From the human T2T-CHM13v2.0 reference genome, Homo sapiens: a stretch of 64,000 nucleotides of DNA. This document shows positions 18,512 through 34,571 of this stretch, one piece after another. The notes beneath the pieces were generated by a model. It ran no database searches, had not been told where the DNA came from, and saw nothing but the letters and a program-made list of their open reading frames with translations. A program made the translations under genes and the position numbers. Location of the stretch: assembly GCF_009914755.1 (NCBI RefSeq), contig NC_060942.1. One strand, written 5' to 3'. The first letter of the stretch is position 1, and every line of letters starts with the position of its first letter.

Positions 18512-19279
18512 CCAGAGTTGCCTTTTAAATTAATTAGCCTAGTGAGATAGGGTACATTATTTTTTTTCCGTATCCCTCACAGCTCGTAGGATAGTAGTGT
18601 CTTCCCTGTGATAGATGCTTAATAAATATTTATTTAAAAAATAGATATAAATAAATACAGGGGTAACTTGACATAAAAGTCCTACTTAAGGACTGCTGTG
18701 GGCTAAGTACTATGTTGTCCTGTTCTCTTCTCACTCCAGACTACGTGCTGAAGTCCTTGATCTATAGCCCAAGCAACAGAGAATGGCACACTCTTAGGAG
18801 CAAAGCCAGAATTGTTTCCAACATGCAATAATAGTATACCATCTTCGAAAGCACTTCAAAGCAACCAGGAAAGTCAGGACCTGCTACACAGCGAGACAGA
18901 CAGCGGGCGCTCTCAGCTCAGGTCGGAAATGAATTCTTGGTTGAACAAGTGATGGAAACCAACAAAGCTCCCAAACTGAGGAGAAACCAAGCACGTGGAG
19001 ACACCGGCAGGTCAGGCCCCAGGGGTGGTTCCCCAGTGTCCCACTGCTGCACTCAGGACCCTGGGGTCATCTAATCTGATCCTGTGCTCTTCCTATACCA
19101 TGCTTGCAAATGAAAGATGTTTCCTAGCTGAGGGCCAAAGACGTGATGACCAATGCCAAAAGCGGAGCAACCCGGCAGTTTCCTGTGCTTTACAGCAAAC
19201 CTTATGTCTGCTTATGTCCAGAATCATTCTCAATCTCCTTTCTCCGCCAATATGACTACTGTTACTATTACAAGTACTA

Positions 19280-19505
19280 TCACCATTTATTGAGTGCACA
19301 CAATGTGCCATACATTGTCCTAAGACCTTATTATGTATTATACAATTTAATCCTTACTATTATTGTCATTCAAATTTTTAATGAGGAAAGAGAGGCACAG
19401 AGAAGTCAGTTTATTTGCCCACAGTCATATGGCTACTAAGCAGGAAGGCCAGGATTCAAACCAAGCAGTCAGAATCTAGAACTAAATTCTTAACAACTAC
19501 ACTGT
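19280..19505 (-). mobile_element. MIR
   Basis: atttattgagtgc...atgaggaaagagaggcacagagaagtc...ggattcaaaccaagcagtc. Confidence 0.8.
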
Positions 19506-19723
19506 ACAAAACATTTTCTTCATGAGGCACAGCAAACAAGAGTACACTAGTATTCCATACAAGTAAGACAATGTATTATATGTAATACTATATGTGTGTA
19601 TGAACATTTATTACTTAATTACATATAACTAGTATTATATATCATATATTAATACATAATTATTAATTAATGTATATTATGAAGGATTCTCAGGGCAGTC
19701 ATTCCATTGAAAATAAGACAAGA

Positions 19724-20157
<434 letters not shown>

Positions 20158-20634
20158 TCACTCTACAGTTTGAAAGTCCTTTCACCTCATCATCTCACTT
20201 AGCCACATAGCAGTCCTGTAAGGGCATAGAACAGGTGGTTGTCTCATATGTACTATAGATGCTGGGCCTAGGCTTATGAGCCTTTCAAGAGGATACAAAT
20301 GTTTGAGTCTTGAAAAAAGAGTCACTGGCTCTAAACCATGAACAGAAAACTGCAACATGAAAACTAATAAAAATTTAGTTAAATGCCTTTGGACGCTAAA
20401 TCTCTAACCGGTCTCTGTGGGACAGTGCTGCTTCTGTTCTGTCTTCAGGGATCTGTCTCCACTAACACCTGGGTCCCCTTCTTAAACAGTGTTTCATAGA
20501 CCAGTGCCTGTCACTGTGGACACACGTGCTAAATTATGTTCATTTACCTGAAGTCCATTGTCATTATCCACAAACACTCCTCCGCTACTCCCTCACCCCA
20601 TCTCATTAGATTGTGCCTGGAAGCATTGGTACTG

Positions 20635-20871
20635 CAGGTTGACTATCCCTTATCCAAAATGCTTGAGACCAGACTGTTTTGGATTTCAGATCTTTTTGAA
20701 TTGGATTGGAATCTTTGCATTATTCTTACTCGTTGAGCATCCCAAATCTGAAAATCCAAAATCCAAAATGATCCAGTGAATACTTCCTTTGGGCATCATT
20801 TCAGTGCTCAAAAAGTTTCAGATTTTGGAGCATTTTCGATTTCAGATGTTTGAATTTGGGATGCTTACCTG
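20635..20871 (+). mobile_element. Tigger4a/MER46A (TcMar-Tigger MITE)
   Basis: caggttgactatcccttatcc...gggatgcttacctg; terminal inverted repeats; about 237 bp. Confidence 0.85.
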
Positions 20872-21019
20872 GCATATGTAAATGTGAGATTTCACTATGC
20901 ACCATCTCCCTCAGATAGTTTAAACTGCTTTTAGCCCTATCTGGAGATAGGTATACTGAAAAGGAGGGTATTACTGTGGATGACTTCAAGGATTCAATTA
21001 TTACTCACTCAGTCCTGCA

Positions 21020-21203
21020 TTTGAAACTTTATGACCTTAAGCTAGTACCTTTTCCATGCCTTTTTTGGTTTTCTCCTCTACAAATCAAGGGATAATAAGA
21101 GTGGCTACTGAGTTACTGTGAAGTATTAATGAGATAACATACGCCTTGCCTTTGCTTACTATAATTATGAACGTATTATAAAGTGCTCAACAAATGTTAG
21201 CTC
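21020..21203 (+). mobile_element. MIR
   Basis: tgtgaagtattaatgagataac...aagtgctcaacaaatgttagct. Confidence 0.65.
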
Positions 21204-21839
21204 TTTGTATCATAAGCCTTCATATCTTCTTGATAAGATACATTCTTTGTCCAGAACTTAAAAAGCACACCCCAGAGCTAAGCATTTTAATATACTGCTG
21301 GTGGGAGTACAAAAGGTACAGCCCCTTGGGAGGGGGATATGGCAATGTCTAGTCAAACCAGCTACTCTTCGACACTTTCACCCAACAATTCAACCTCTAG
21401 GAGTTTATCTGAAGATATGCCTCCCCACATATGAAACAACTAGACTCAAGTTATTCATTGTGGCATTATTTGCTATAGCAAAATATTGGAAATAAACTGC
21501 ACATCCATAGAAGATTGTGTGAGTGAATTATGGTACAATCACCCAATAGACTACCATGCAACCCTAGCAAAGAAGGAAGAAGATTTTAATAAAATGAATG
21601 ATTTCCAGAATATACTACAGAATTTTGAAAAGCAAAGAGAGTGTATAATATGCCACCTTTTGTATACGTAGAAACGGGAGGACAGATGAAAGAAAAAGAA
21701 AGAAAGAAGAAAGAAGAAAGGAAAGAAAGAAAGAGAGAAAGAAAAAGTAAATCAAAACCAAAGGGGTATTCTCTCTAATATATAACTCCAACAACTCAGT
21801 AAGAAAAAGACTAACAGTCATCTAAAAAATGCTGAAGGA

Positions 21840-22192
<353 letters not shown>

Positions 22193-22394
22193 TCAAATAT
22201 AGGTTCAACATTGCTCATAATAAGAGTATTACAAATGGAAAACCCAAAAGTTTGATGAAAGAGTACGTTGATGAAACTGTGGAGAAACAGGCGCTTTCAA
22301 CAGTGCTGGTGGCACTCCTAGTGGTGTCCACTGGGAAAGCCTACGGAGGGTAATTTGGCAGACTTTTGCCAATGAAAAAAGCATGCATGCTTTC

Positions 22395-22776
22395 TGATAG
22401 ATATAATTAGTGCTCACCCATATTGTACTCTCTTCTCCTACCAGAAACACACACAAAAACTGTACTTCTTGGCCTTCCTGAAGTTTGGCAGGGCCATGTG
22501 ACTAGTTCTAGCCAATAAAATATAAGTGGAAATAATGTTTGTCACTTTTGGTTCAAGGTTGTCTCTCCCCTGCGGCAATGACTGTGAAGGCTGTGGGTTC
22601 CAGATGGTGCAGGCACAAGACCCAAGCCTGGGTCTCTGAGAGACTGTGTGGAGCAGGAATCTCCTGCAAAACGAACATCACAGGACATGTACTAGGGGTT
22701 GGAATATTTTTGGTATGTTTATTGACAGATTTGAGAGTTGTTTGTTATTGTAGCAAAACGTAACCTCATTAATACA
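22395..22776 (+). mobile_element. MLT1 (J/I-like) solo LTR (ERVL-MaLR)
   Basis: gggccatgtgactagttctagccaataaaatataagtggaaataatg...ttgtttgttattgtagca...taataca. Confidence 0.75.
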
Positions 22777-22816
22777 ATCTTTGACCTCGTAACTCCACTT
22801 CAGGGATTTATCCTGA

Positions 22817-23222
<406 letters not shown>

Positions 23223-23552
23223 TAAATGTGTGGCAAAGAAGAAACTGGTTATGTAAATTGTAATATATCCATATAGTAGAATACTATGTAGCTGCAAAAC
23301 ATAACTAGAAAGTTCTCTATGGAAATATGGAAATATTACTAAGACATATTGTTAAGTGAAAAAAGCAAGCTGTACAATAGTGTACATAGTGTACTATCCT
23401 TTGGGTAAAAAAGGGGAAAACACATACTCATAATGTTTAAATATGCAAAAAGCATACATCTATGTAGAAAAAAGAAAATTGGTCATGGTAGGTTACCTGT
23501 TAAGGGGAATGGGAACTGTGTATTGAGTCAATGCATTTTTCCCTCGTATTTT

Positions 23553-23766
23553 AATTTTTTTGTTTTTCTTTTTTGAGACAGGGTCTCACTCTATAGCCCA
23601 GGCTGGAGTGCAGTGGAGGAATCACAGCTCACTGCAGCCTCGACTTCCCAGGTGAGAGGATCACCTGAGCCTCCCGAGTAGCTGGGACTACAGGTGCATA
23701 CCACCACACCTGGCTAATTTTTGTATTTCTTGTAGAGACAGGGTTTCACATGTGGTCCAGGCTGCC
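23553..23766 (-). mobile_element. AluJ (truncated)
   Basis: Antisense right arm plus part of the left arm. Confidence 0.82.
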
Positions 23767-24571
23767 ATATTTCAATTGTTGAGCTATGTGAATATATATA
23801 TATTTTTTTAATACAGAAAATGAAAATAAATAAATAAATAACATCCTTTTCTGGCTATGTATTGCCTGTAGGAACTTTGAAAATGTATTTCCAACCAGCA
23901 TTCCCAACTTCATGCCTGGATGTTTTCCCTTGTGGGCATGGAGCTGCAGTCACATCTGACTCCTGGAGGGCTAGGCGTTTTTCATCCTTCTGTCTGTGTG
24001 CAGGCTTAGGTCTCCCTCAATGAGCCCTCCCCTTCCTGTTTGCCTCTGCATAGCTTGCAAAACCTAGACATGTGCACTGGGGCATCCTTCTGATCTACCC
24101 AGGCAGAGTTCCTAGGCTGACTTCTATGTTCACATAATTCCTTTTATATATTCCTGCCATTGCATTCATTATATTAAGTCATAATGGCCTGTTCACACGT
24201 ATGCTGCCTTCTCTAGATAGAAGAACCATGTCTGGCTCATCTTTCCATCTTTCTGTCCCCATGGCCTGGGATAGGGCATGAAATAGTAGTAAGGGCATTT
24301 ATTAACTTTATTCATGAGTTTTGTCATAAACAGATTAATAAGCATGAAGCAATAGAGTATAATATGTCATGTTTGGAAACAGTCTTTCTGTGCTTCCTGC
24401 CACAGACCTCAGCAGCCTGAATCCTTTACATCATCGTGCCTTACAAATACTCTATATGAGACTGGTATGCCCTAAATCATTTGACGGTGGTAGTTTTCAA
24501 ACGTCTTATTTTTAATGTGATGAGTATTCACTCAACTAATGCTACTCCAAAACAATATTTTTAAAAAAGGA

Positions 24572-24880
24572 GGCCAGGTGTGGTGGCTCATGCCTGTAAT
24601 CCCAGCAGTTTAGGAGGCTAAGGCTGGAAGATAGCTTGAACCCAGGAGTTTGAGACCAGCCTGGGCAATATAATGAGACCTCATCTCTACAAAAATAAAA
24701 AGTTAGCCGAGCGTGATGGCACACACCTGTGATCCCAGCTACTCGGGAGGCTGAGATGGAGGATCACTTAAGCCCAGGAGGTCAAGGCTACAGTGAGCTG
24801 AGATTGTATCACTGCGCTCTAGCCTGGGCAAGATCCTGTTTCCAAAAAAAGAAAAAGAAAAAGATAGGAAAAGAAAACAA
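24572..24880 (+). mobile_element. AluJ
   Basis: Dimeric Alu. Confidence 0.88.
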
Positions 24881-25100
24881 ATAAAACCCTCCATACTTAA
24901 ACCAAAACCATAATCAGATAAAGAAAAGGAAACAGTTGTGTAGAGAATTCTAATCATTTTTCTTGAGTGGTTTTGATTGCATCAAGCTCATTAGTTAGAT
25001 TGCCATTAGATTACATGTAATAAAATAATATTTAATTTAGTAAAAAACAAATTCATGTTATTTAGACACATGATCATTGCTCTTTAAAAAATATTGTAAC

Positions 25101-25423
<323 letters not shown>

Positions 25424-25425
25424 TC

Positions 25426-25740
<315 letters not shown>

Positions 25741-25894
25741 TACATGTCTATATATATAATAACATCAAGCAAAAGTAGCAGCATATGAATTTTTTATAAT
25801 TTAATTTTTGAGCCCATAAAAACAAAAACGATAACAAAACTATAAATAAATATCTAAAATATATTGAATGCCTACATGCTAAACAGTTTACTAG

Positions 25895-26222
<328 letters not shown>

Positions 26223-26224
26223 TA

Positions 26225-26380
26225 TTTAAGCTTCTTAATCAACTGGAGTGCTAAGTAGCATTACCCCATTTTACAGATGAGGAAAGTGTGGTACAGACGG
26301 AGTAACTTGCTCCAGATTACAACACAGCCAGGAAGTTATGGCTACGAAGTTTGAACCTAGGACTGTCCTATATACTGTTC
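26225..26380 (-). mobile_element. MIR (continues at ~25860-25920)
   Basis: ccccattttacagatgaggaaagtgtgg...agtaacttgctcc...tttgaacctagg. Confidence 0.75.
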
Positions 26381-28494
26381 TATACTTTCTTCCAATATGT
26401 GTTCCAAACACAATTTTAGGAGTTCATATTTAAGGAGGGCATGTATAAAATCAACAATGGGATATAGAAGGCTAAAAAGGAAATTAAATTTGCTTCTCTA
26501 TCTCTTAACAGGTGCATGTTTAAGAAACACTGTACTCAGCAGAAGTGTACCAGGTTTCCTTCTGCCTTCACTTAAGCACACATGTCGGTTAAAGCTAGGA
26601 AATAGCTGAAAATCTGTATTTTCAAAACATTTCACATCCTTAAGGCTTCTGGACTGGCATCTAATTTTGCATTTTGTTGAAACATTGCTAGAAAAATCCT
26701 TTGGCCTTCTTCTCAGTGAAACCAAACAAAACCCATAACGTATGCTCTTTCAACTTAAAGCATCAATGGATTCAACAAAACCGTTGTATATACAGCTGTG
26801 GCAATATTTACGCATGTAAAGCATCTTAGTTGAATACCAAATTCAAACAAAATCAATACAAAATGGATTTTACAGTTAATTTTAATGGGTGTGATGTATC
26901 GTTTAAGAGGGTGTGATTTCCGGGTTCATAACATCAAGTGATTTCAGCAGTTGTCTACATTATGGTGTGTTCCAAAATTAATAGTAAGGTCAGACTATAG
27001 TTTTAGACTGAAAATATCAAGGCCATTTTCTAAATTCGGGCTTGAAATACTAGAAGTGGCTTTGATATTACTATTGAATTGGCTTCAAAGACTGCTAATT
27101 AGACCATTGTCTTTAAGAACTGCCTTCTTATGCAATGTAATAGAGTTGCTTGTTCTTTAAGAGTAAGAGTTTTGTTTACATTGAAAACTTTCACTAGACT
27201 GCCAAAATAACAAAAACAAATACACAGACATTGAAACTTATACTCTTGAAAAACAAAAAGAAAAGAGGGAAAATAAATCAGTGACAAGTGGCAGATTATC
27301 GTTTGCAGCTTGCCTTTGATTTGTAAATGCCTACTTCCTGCCCCAGGGAGGAGGGTGAAGGGTAGGTTATGGTGCTTGGGATGCACACTGTCTTCTGGGT
27401 TATGCTAATTTGTTGTTAAGTGCTCAAGGCCGCTTATTCAGCACAGATTTGATTAGTTTTTGGCTATACAGTTCAAAGATTTATGAAAAGTTCCTCTCTG
27501 GATAGCTGTGGTTGTATTTACTTTGGTTCTCCTTATTCAAAAACTTTCATATCGTTGATGAGTGGTGACAAATGGCTTGCTCAGGAACACTGTGCCAGTA
27601 TAAACTCTTTTGTAATAAAACACAATTAATATTGATGAAATCAGTCTTCAGTCAGCACTTGTTTGTTGCCTGAAAACCTTTCCTCTCCTCCCCACCTTCC
27701 AGGACTCAAAAAACAGACTGGGGGACAATCTCATCTGAATCGAACACTCCAAACTGGGGCTGTGACTTGCCCCTGGCAGATGCCACAGGTCCCAGAAAGG
27801 TGATCAGAGAGCTCTATCCAACACGAGGAGTCGCTTCCCTCTAAGGACTCTCAAAGGGGAGAAGCAAGGATTTATAAACTGGCTCTGTTTGTGGCTTTGC
27901 CGAAAATGAAACTCTCAGCAGTGTGCTACACCATGATTCTAGTAGAAATGATCATTAGACACTGGAAAGAGGAAAGCGGGAAGGAGAGCACCTACTGCCT
28001 TCCGTACACTGTGTTAAGGCTTTCTCTCTAGCATCTAGTTTAGTCTCTGCAACTGCCCCAAGAGAAGTCTTTATTTTATTGGCTAGGACACTGAGGCAAA
28101 TAGCGGCTCCTTGCCAGACCCTTCCAGCCACTGGTTGGCTTTCTGTTGCCTAGGGTCCCCCTTAAACTTTCTTCTACACTGTGCAGAAATAGAAAAGGGC
28201 AGTTGGAAAAGAGGAGGAGGGAGAGGGAAACAAAGAGGGGAAAAGATAAACTTAAAAAAAAAAGTAAAAAGATAAATGTGAGAGAGCTCTGAGATGAGGT
28301 CAATGGTTGGTCATTTGAGGTCAACTTTATCTGAGGTGAGGGTAATCACAAGATGACAAATGGCTAACCCTTGGAAATTTCTTTCCACACATCTTCCAGT
28401 TTCTGGGTCACGTGGCTCCACCTCTGCCATTTCAGGAGGGTCCTCGTCTTAGGAAGCTATTTGGGAAACTCTCAATGCTCCCAGAGACATTACT

Positions 28495-28799
28495 GTTTTT
28501 TGTTTTTTTATTTTTTTTGGAAACAGGATCTTGCTCTGTCACCCAGGCTGGAATGCAGTTGCACAATCTCGGCTCACCGCAACCTCCACCTCCTGGATTC
28601 AAGCGATTCTCCCGCTCATCCTCCTGAGTAGCTGGGACTACAGGCACCTGCCATCATGCCTGGCTAATTTTTTGTATTTTTAGTAGAGACAGAGTTTCAC
28701 CATGTTGGCCATGCTGATCTTGAACTCCTGACCTCAAGTGATGCTCCTGCTTCAGCCTCCCAAAGTGCTGGGATTACAGTTGTGAGTCACCGTGCCTGG
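28495..28799 (-). mobile_element. AluS
   Basis: Full antisense Alu. Confidence 0.9.
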
Positions 28800-28829
28800 T
28801 TGAAACATTTATATTTCATAGGAATATTT

Positions 28830-28940
28830 TGGCTGGATGCAGAGGCTAAGGCAGGAGGACAGCTTGAGGCCAGCAGTTCAACACTACCCTGGGCAACATA
28901 GAGAGACCCTGTCTCTACAAAAGAAAGAAAGAAAAAAGAA
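28830..28940 (+). mobile_element. FLAM/Alu monomer fragment
   Basis: gaggctaaggcaggaggacagcttgaggcc...gagaccctgtctctac. Confidence 0.8.
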
Positions 28941-29245
28941 ACGTTTAGCCAAAAGTATAATGACAAGTAAAGATACATCTGAGAAGAGAACATTCGTTTG
29001 TTTAGTGTGGTGCTCCAGCCTCCACGTCATTTTTATAAACAGGATGTCTGGGTTTCTTTGCAGAAACAAGTTTCTTGAGTTTTGTTCTCAGTTTCTATAA
29101 TATTCCATTTAGTATTCCTGACACACTGCCACCTACCACGCTGGTGGAAGGAAGGAAGGAACTCCTTCTGGGAGATAGCTCTATCCTATCTCTGTCAGTT
29201 ATCTGACTAACATTTTGATTTCCGGTAGTAAAAATGTTGAAACTG

Positions 29246-29864
<619 letters not shown>

Positions 29865-29969
29865 TTACTACTGGTGGTAAATCCATCAGCATCTGTTTAT
29901 TAAAGGATTTACCACAGTCTACCTTGACACGCTGAGCACATGGCTTTGCTCTAAAAATAGAAAGATTCA

Positions 29970-30650
<681 letters not shown>

Positions 30651-30792
30651 AGACACAATGACAAAGGCAGAGTTCACCTACAGAGGGAATGACATCAATA
30701 CATTAGGAATATTTTTAATACATTAAATCCCTTTGGGGTGTTTTTGGACACCTGGCTTGTCATACTATGAACAACAGAATTTCCTTAAAAAG

Positions 30793-31100
30793 TTTTTATT
30801 TTAGAGACAGGGTCTCGCTCTGTTGACCAGGCTGGAGTGCAGTGGCGCAGTCATAGCTCACTGTAGCCTCAAACTCTTGAGCTCAACTGGTCCTGCCACT
30901 TCAGACTCCCAAGTAGCTAGGACTACAGGTGTATGCCACCACAACCAGCTAACTTTTACAAAATATTTTTTGTAGAGATGAGGGGGACTCGCTCTGTGGC
31001 TCACGGCCGTCTTGAACTTTGAATACCTGGCCTCAAGCTATTTTCCTGCCTCGCCCTCCCAGAGTGCTGGGATTACAGGTGTGAACCACCGCACCCAGCC
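30793..31100 (-). mobile_element. AluJ
   Basis: Antisense J-type Alu. Confidence 0.88.
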
Positions 31101-31447
31101 CTCATTTATTTGATTTCTTCAGAGAGGCTCATCTGTTCCTATATTTAGAAATGTGGAACTTTTCCAAAGAAGACAACCTTCATTTTTTTCATACGGGCTT
31201 TCAAAAGAATGTGATGTCCTTTTGGTGTTTTAGATTCTCACCTATGAGGTATAAACAAATCGCCTTGCAGACAAGTCTCAACACAGAACACATGCTGCTT
31301 ATCACTGGCAAAGACTTGCATCAGCCTGCCACCACGGCTGGCTCATCTTGTCCCTCCAGGCCTGTGCCTGCTGGAACACTCCCACTCCCCATGTCTGAAT
31401 ACACCACTTCGGTTGGACCAAGAGTTTCCAGCTCGGGTGGCCCCTCC

Positions 31448-31512
31448 TTCCCTGGAAATAAATAGCTGCCTATAGAATATCAGAGTCATTCTGACTCAGG
31501 GGTGACTCAGCT
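31448..31512. promoter_or_regulatory. AP-1/ARE motif cluster (enhancer or promoter)
   Basis: TGACTCA at 31492-31498 and 31503-31509; the second lies within GTGACTCAGC (ARE/MARE-type RTGAYnnnGC); near-site AGAGTCA at 31482; TTCCCTGGAA at 31448-31457. Confidence 0.6.
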
Positions 31513-33164
31513 CTTCCATGACCTGTGTTCCCACTTCTCCTTGATAAGGCCAATGTTTTGGCCCTACTGGTGAAAATATGTAGACCTAACATCTATCTCC
31601 CTGCTCCAGTTTCAAGAGAAAAGACCTTATTCAGAGAAATATTTAGAAGACTCTTGTGGAATTCTTGCTGTGAGTGGTTTTTCCTTCCCTGCCATTGGTG
31701 CGACTGTTTCCCCCTTCCGTCAAATTGCTGTCTAGATGTTTCTCTCTGACCCCAATTTTCTCGGAGTTTGGGATTATCAATCTAAAATCAGAGGTGAGAA
31801 TTCATCAGTGTTATCGATAAGACTTTGCAATTATTTCTTTCAAACTGAACTTTTTCCCTATTCACTTATTTTTCCTCATTGCAAAATAATCAAAGCATTG
31901 ATGAGTGTTTCTGTTTAAATTCAAAGGACATTCCACCTTTAACCTTAGCATTCATGAGACACAAAATGGGTTTTTCTTTTTGCTGATTTAAAAAGCTGCT
32001 ATGAAGCTGCACAGTGCGGAAGAGGGCACCCCTGCTCCAGAAAAGAAGAAACAAAACTGCCTGCCATAGACACTTGGTAGGGAGTGGCAAATGGAATCTT
32101 GGTTTGTTTTTCTCTTAGGACTTTGACAATTATTTTTCCTTGAAAAGAATAAGAGAATCTACCTAAAATATTAATACTAGTTTCAGAGCTCTAGGATAAT
32201 ATAGAGCAGAGTCTCTTTTTTTTAAAAAAGGAAAGCGGTTTCATTTCTGACAGTGGATTTCTTCCACTGATGTGCACACTCTTTGACATGAAAAGCTGCA
32301 CGAAGCTGCCTTGAATTCATTCTGCAGATGGAAAGTTGCAAGTACGGTAATTAGCTAAGCAGTGGCAAGGCCGACCATCTGAGGTTTGATTTCTCATCAA
32401 GAGATAGTGTCCGACACACGTGCCACTGAGCATGCTTGTAAGAGTTCCACGTTTCAGATGCACTGAGAATGCATGCATGGAACACACGTCCCCCCAGCCC
32501 AACAACCGCACTCCCAAATTGCCCCTGCACACATATATTCTAACACGGTTACAACACAGCATGCTCCCGAGCCTCAGACAATAAGCTGCCCAAAAAGATG
32601 CTCAAGCAACAGTCGCAGTGGGCCTGACTTCTGGTATCCGCAGCCACTCCAGAGAACTTCCTGTGAGCCCCAGGGACTCAGAGGAGGCTGAGTGATGAGG
32701 AAGGTGGCCAGAGGCTGCCGGACTAGCCCCAAGCAGTCACTCTGCTTCCTGCCTTTGTTTTCCCTCAAACTCTCATCTTTCTGGAGAAAACAAAACCCTG
32801 TCCTGGGGGTGTAGACCAGCCATGACACCCACTAATAACCTCTAGCAAAACAATAGTTTTAAAATTACTTAATGCTCTCTTGACTTTCTGACTTTTAAAA
32901 TGAAAATTGTATTTTGTCACTGTATCCTTTTGTTGGCAAGTGGAATACTGCACTCAAACCAAGCAGGCAATGTAAAACTATGACTTCAAAGCCATTCCTT
33001 GATAAAACATCAAAACGGCCCAGAGTGAACCAACTGTTATCTGTAATTCAACAGATAATTAACTGAAACTCAGTGCTCAAATTGCTACTGGGAGTTTCTG
33101 CAGCCAAGGTCATTCTCATGGTGCTGCTTGATTTTGTTTCTGTGTCTCTTATATCGTTTTAGGC

Positions 33165-33270
33165 AGGGAGGAACTTGGATTGTCCTTCAGTAAAATTCCA
33201 CTTTGATGCGCAAAGCGAACTTGAATTTCTGCTTGGCCTACCACAGGCCTGCAACATGCACTTTCTCCTC
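33165..33270. mobile_element. MER135-like ancient palindromic element
   Basis: agtaaaattccactttg-atgcg-caaagcgaacttgaatttctgct is an imperfect hairpin, followed by ggcct-accac-aggcc. Family assignment is from memory of the MER135 consensus. Confidence 0.6.
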
Positions 33271-34541
33271 GAGGTGAGAAGGTCTTTTTCTCTCCACTCT
33301 GAAACACCGCTGCCTGCACCTTTTGCTGAGTTTAGAGTAGCATCATACTTTCTGCCACGAATGCCACAAATACTGCCTTTTCAACTTGGTTTTGTAAAAT
33401 GTAATGGTACTAAATCCGCCAAAGGGATAAAGCACCCTTACTTTGGATTTGCCAGTCCCATGGGTACATAACTGACCTACTACTCTCCCACCTCCCAACC
33501 TTGAAACTCCAGCCCCCTGAACGGCCTCACCACTCCAACCCCCACTGCAATTTCCCACTCCCCACCTCCATGCATTGCCCATTCACCAAGCCAGCCACAT
33601 CTCCCTTTAAGTTGAAAACTCACCCGAAAGCCCACTACCTCTTCCATGCAGCCTCCCCTGATTAAGTGAGGATGAAGAAACCTCCAAAGCATGGCCGACA
33701 AACTCCCAATAAACGAGAACACACACCCCCCCAAAACAAACACAGAAACTCACAAAAGAAGAAAATGACACATTCTCTACTTTTGATTTGTGAAACTCCT
33801 ATGGGGCTAAGGAGATCAATTTTATACCAATAAATCATTTCAGAAAATGAAGTCATTTTAATATTCTTGGGGTTACTCAGCAAAACACTTTGCTTGGACG
33901 TCTCTTTTGTACTTTCCTTAAATTCTTCTTCCTTTTCTTCTCGGCTTTTTGAACGTATGACTGAAGGGAACTGCCACTCACTGACACGGACAACAGTAAA
34001 GGAACTTGGTCTTCACTATGCCTCATAGTGGTGGGTCACACTGCCCAGGAGGAACCCGCAATGAGACCGGCAAATGCCTTAACCATCTCATTGTCTCATC
34101 AGGAAGAAGCTTAAATGACTCTTCTTGCTCACATACTTCCTGGGCAAACATGTCTGCTCTGTTGGGATAAAGGACGCTCTAGACCAGGCTCTGCTGAAAG
34201 ATCCAGGGCAAAGGTTCCTGACAAGACTATGTCCAGCCTCAAATAAGGCCACAGAAGAGCCCAGGCTCGCTGACGAGCACCGGCTCCGAGGCAGTCACAT
34301 CAGGAGACAGAAACAGACATGTTGGTGCTGCCCTCTCAGGTCAGTGCAAATGCCACTTGAGGAGGGCTGAGAGCTTTGCAGCATAAAATGACCAGAACAA
34401 GGAGAAACACAGATGCAATGGCAATAGCTGGCAATTCGCACATGGCGTCAAACACCACTGCCACAGAAGCTTTTTAGCTACAAGCCACGCTATGCAACCT
34501 TTAAGCAAAACATTATTGATTTTGTGGTTGTAAAAACATAC

Positions 34542-34571
34542 CTTCAACTGCAGAACTCAGTTTTATGACAC
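34542..34571 (-). CDS. DLGAP1: DLGAP1 (GKAP/SAPAP1) alternatively spliced 30-nt micro-exon, phase 1-1, encodes (G)VIKLSSAVE
   Basis: Minus strand reads ataactgccactttttgtttttattcaag|GTGTCATAAAACTGAGTTCTGCAGTTGAAG|gtatgt. Canonical AG/GT, 30 nt, frame-preserving. The translation matches the insert I recall between ...TVRTIQSST and VSSCITTYKK... of DLGAP1. Confidence 0.92.

Noticed and set aside
32416-32437. p53/p63 response element (ACACGTGCCA-ct-GAGCATGCTT)
   Set aside because: Only one perfect half-site; the other has several mismatches.
34341-34547. 68-aa minus-strand ORF overlapping the micro-exon donor
   Set aside because: It is in a different frame from DLGAP1 and starts at TTG. Read-through in the DLGAP1 frame stops after GMFLQPQNQ.
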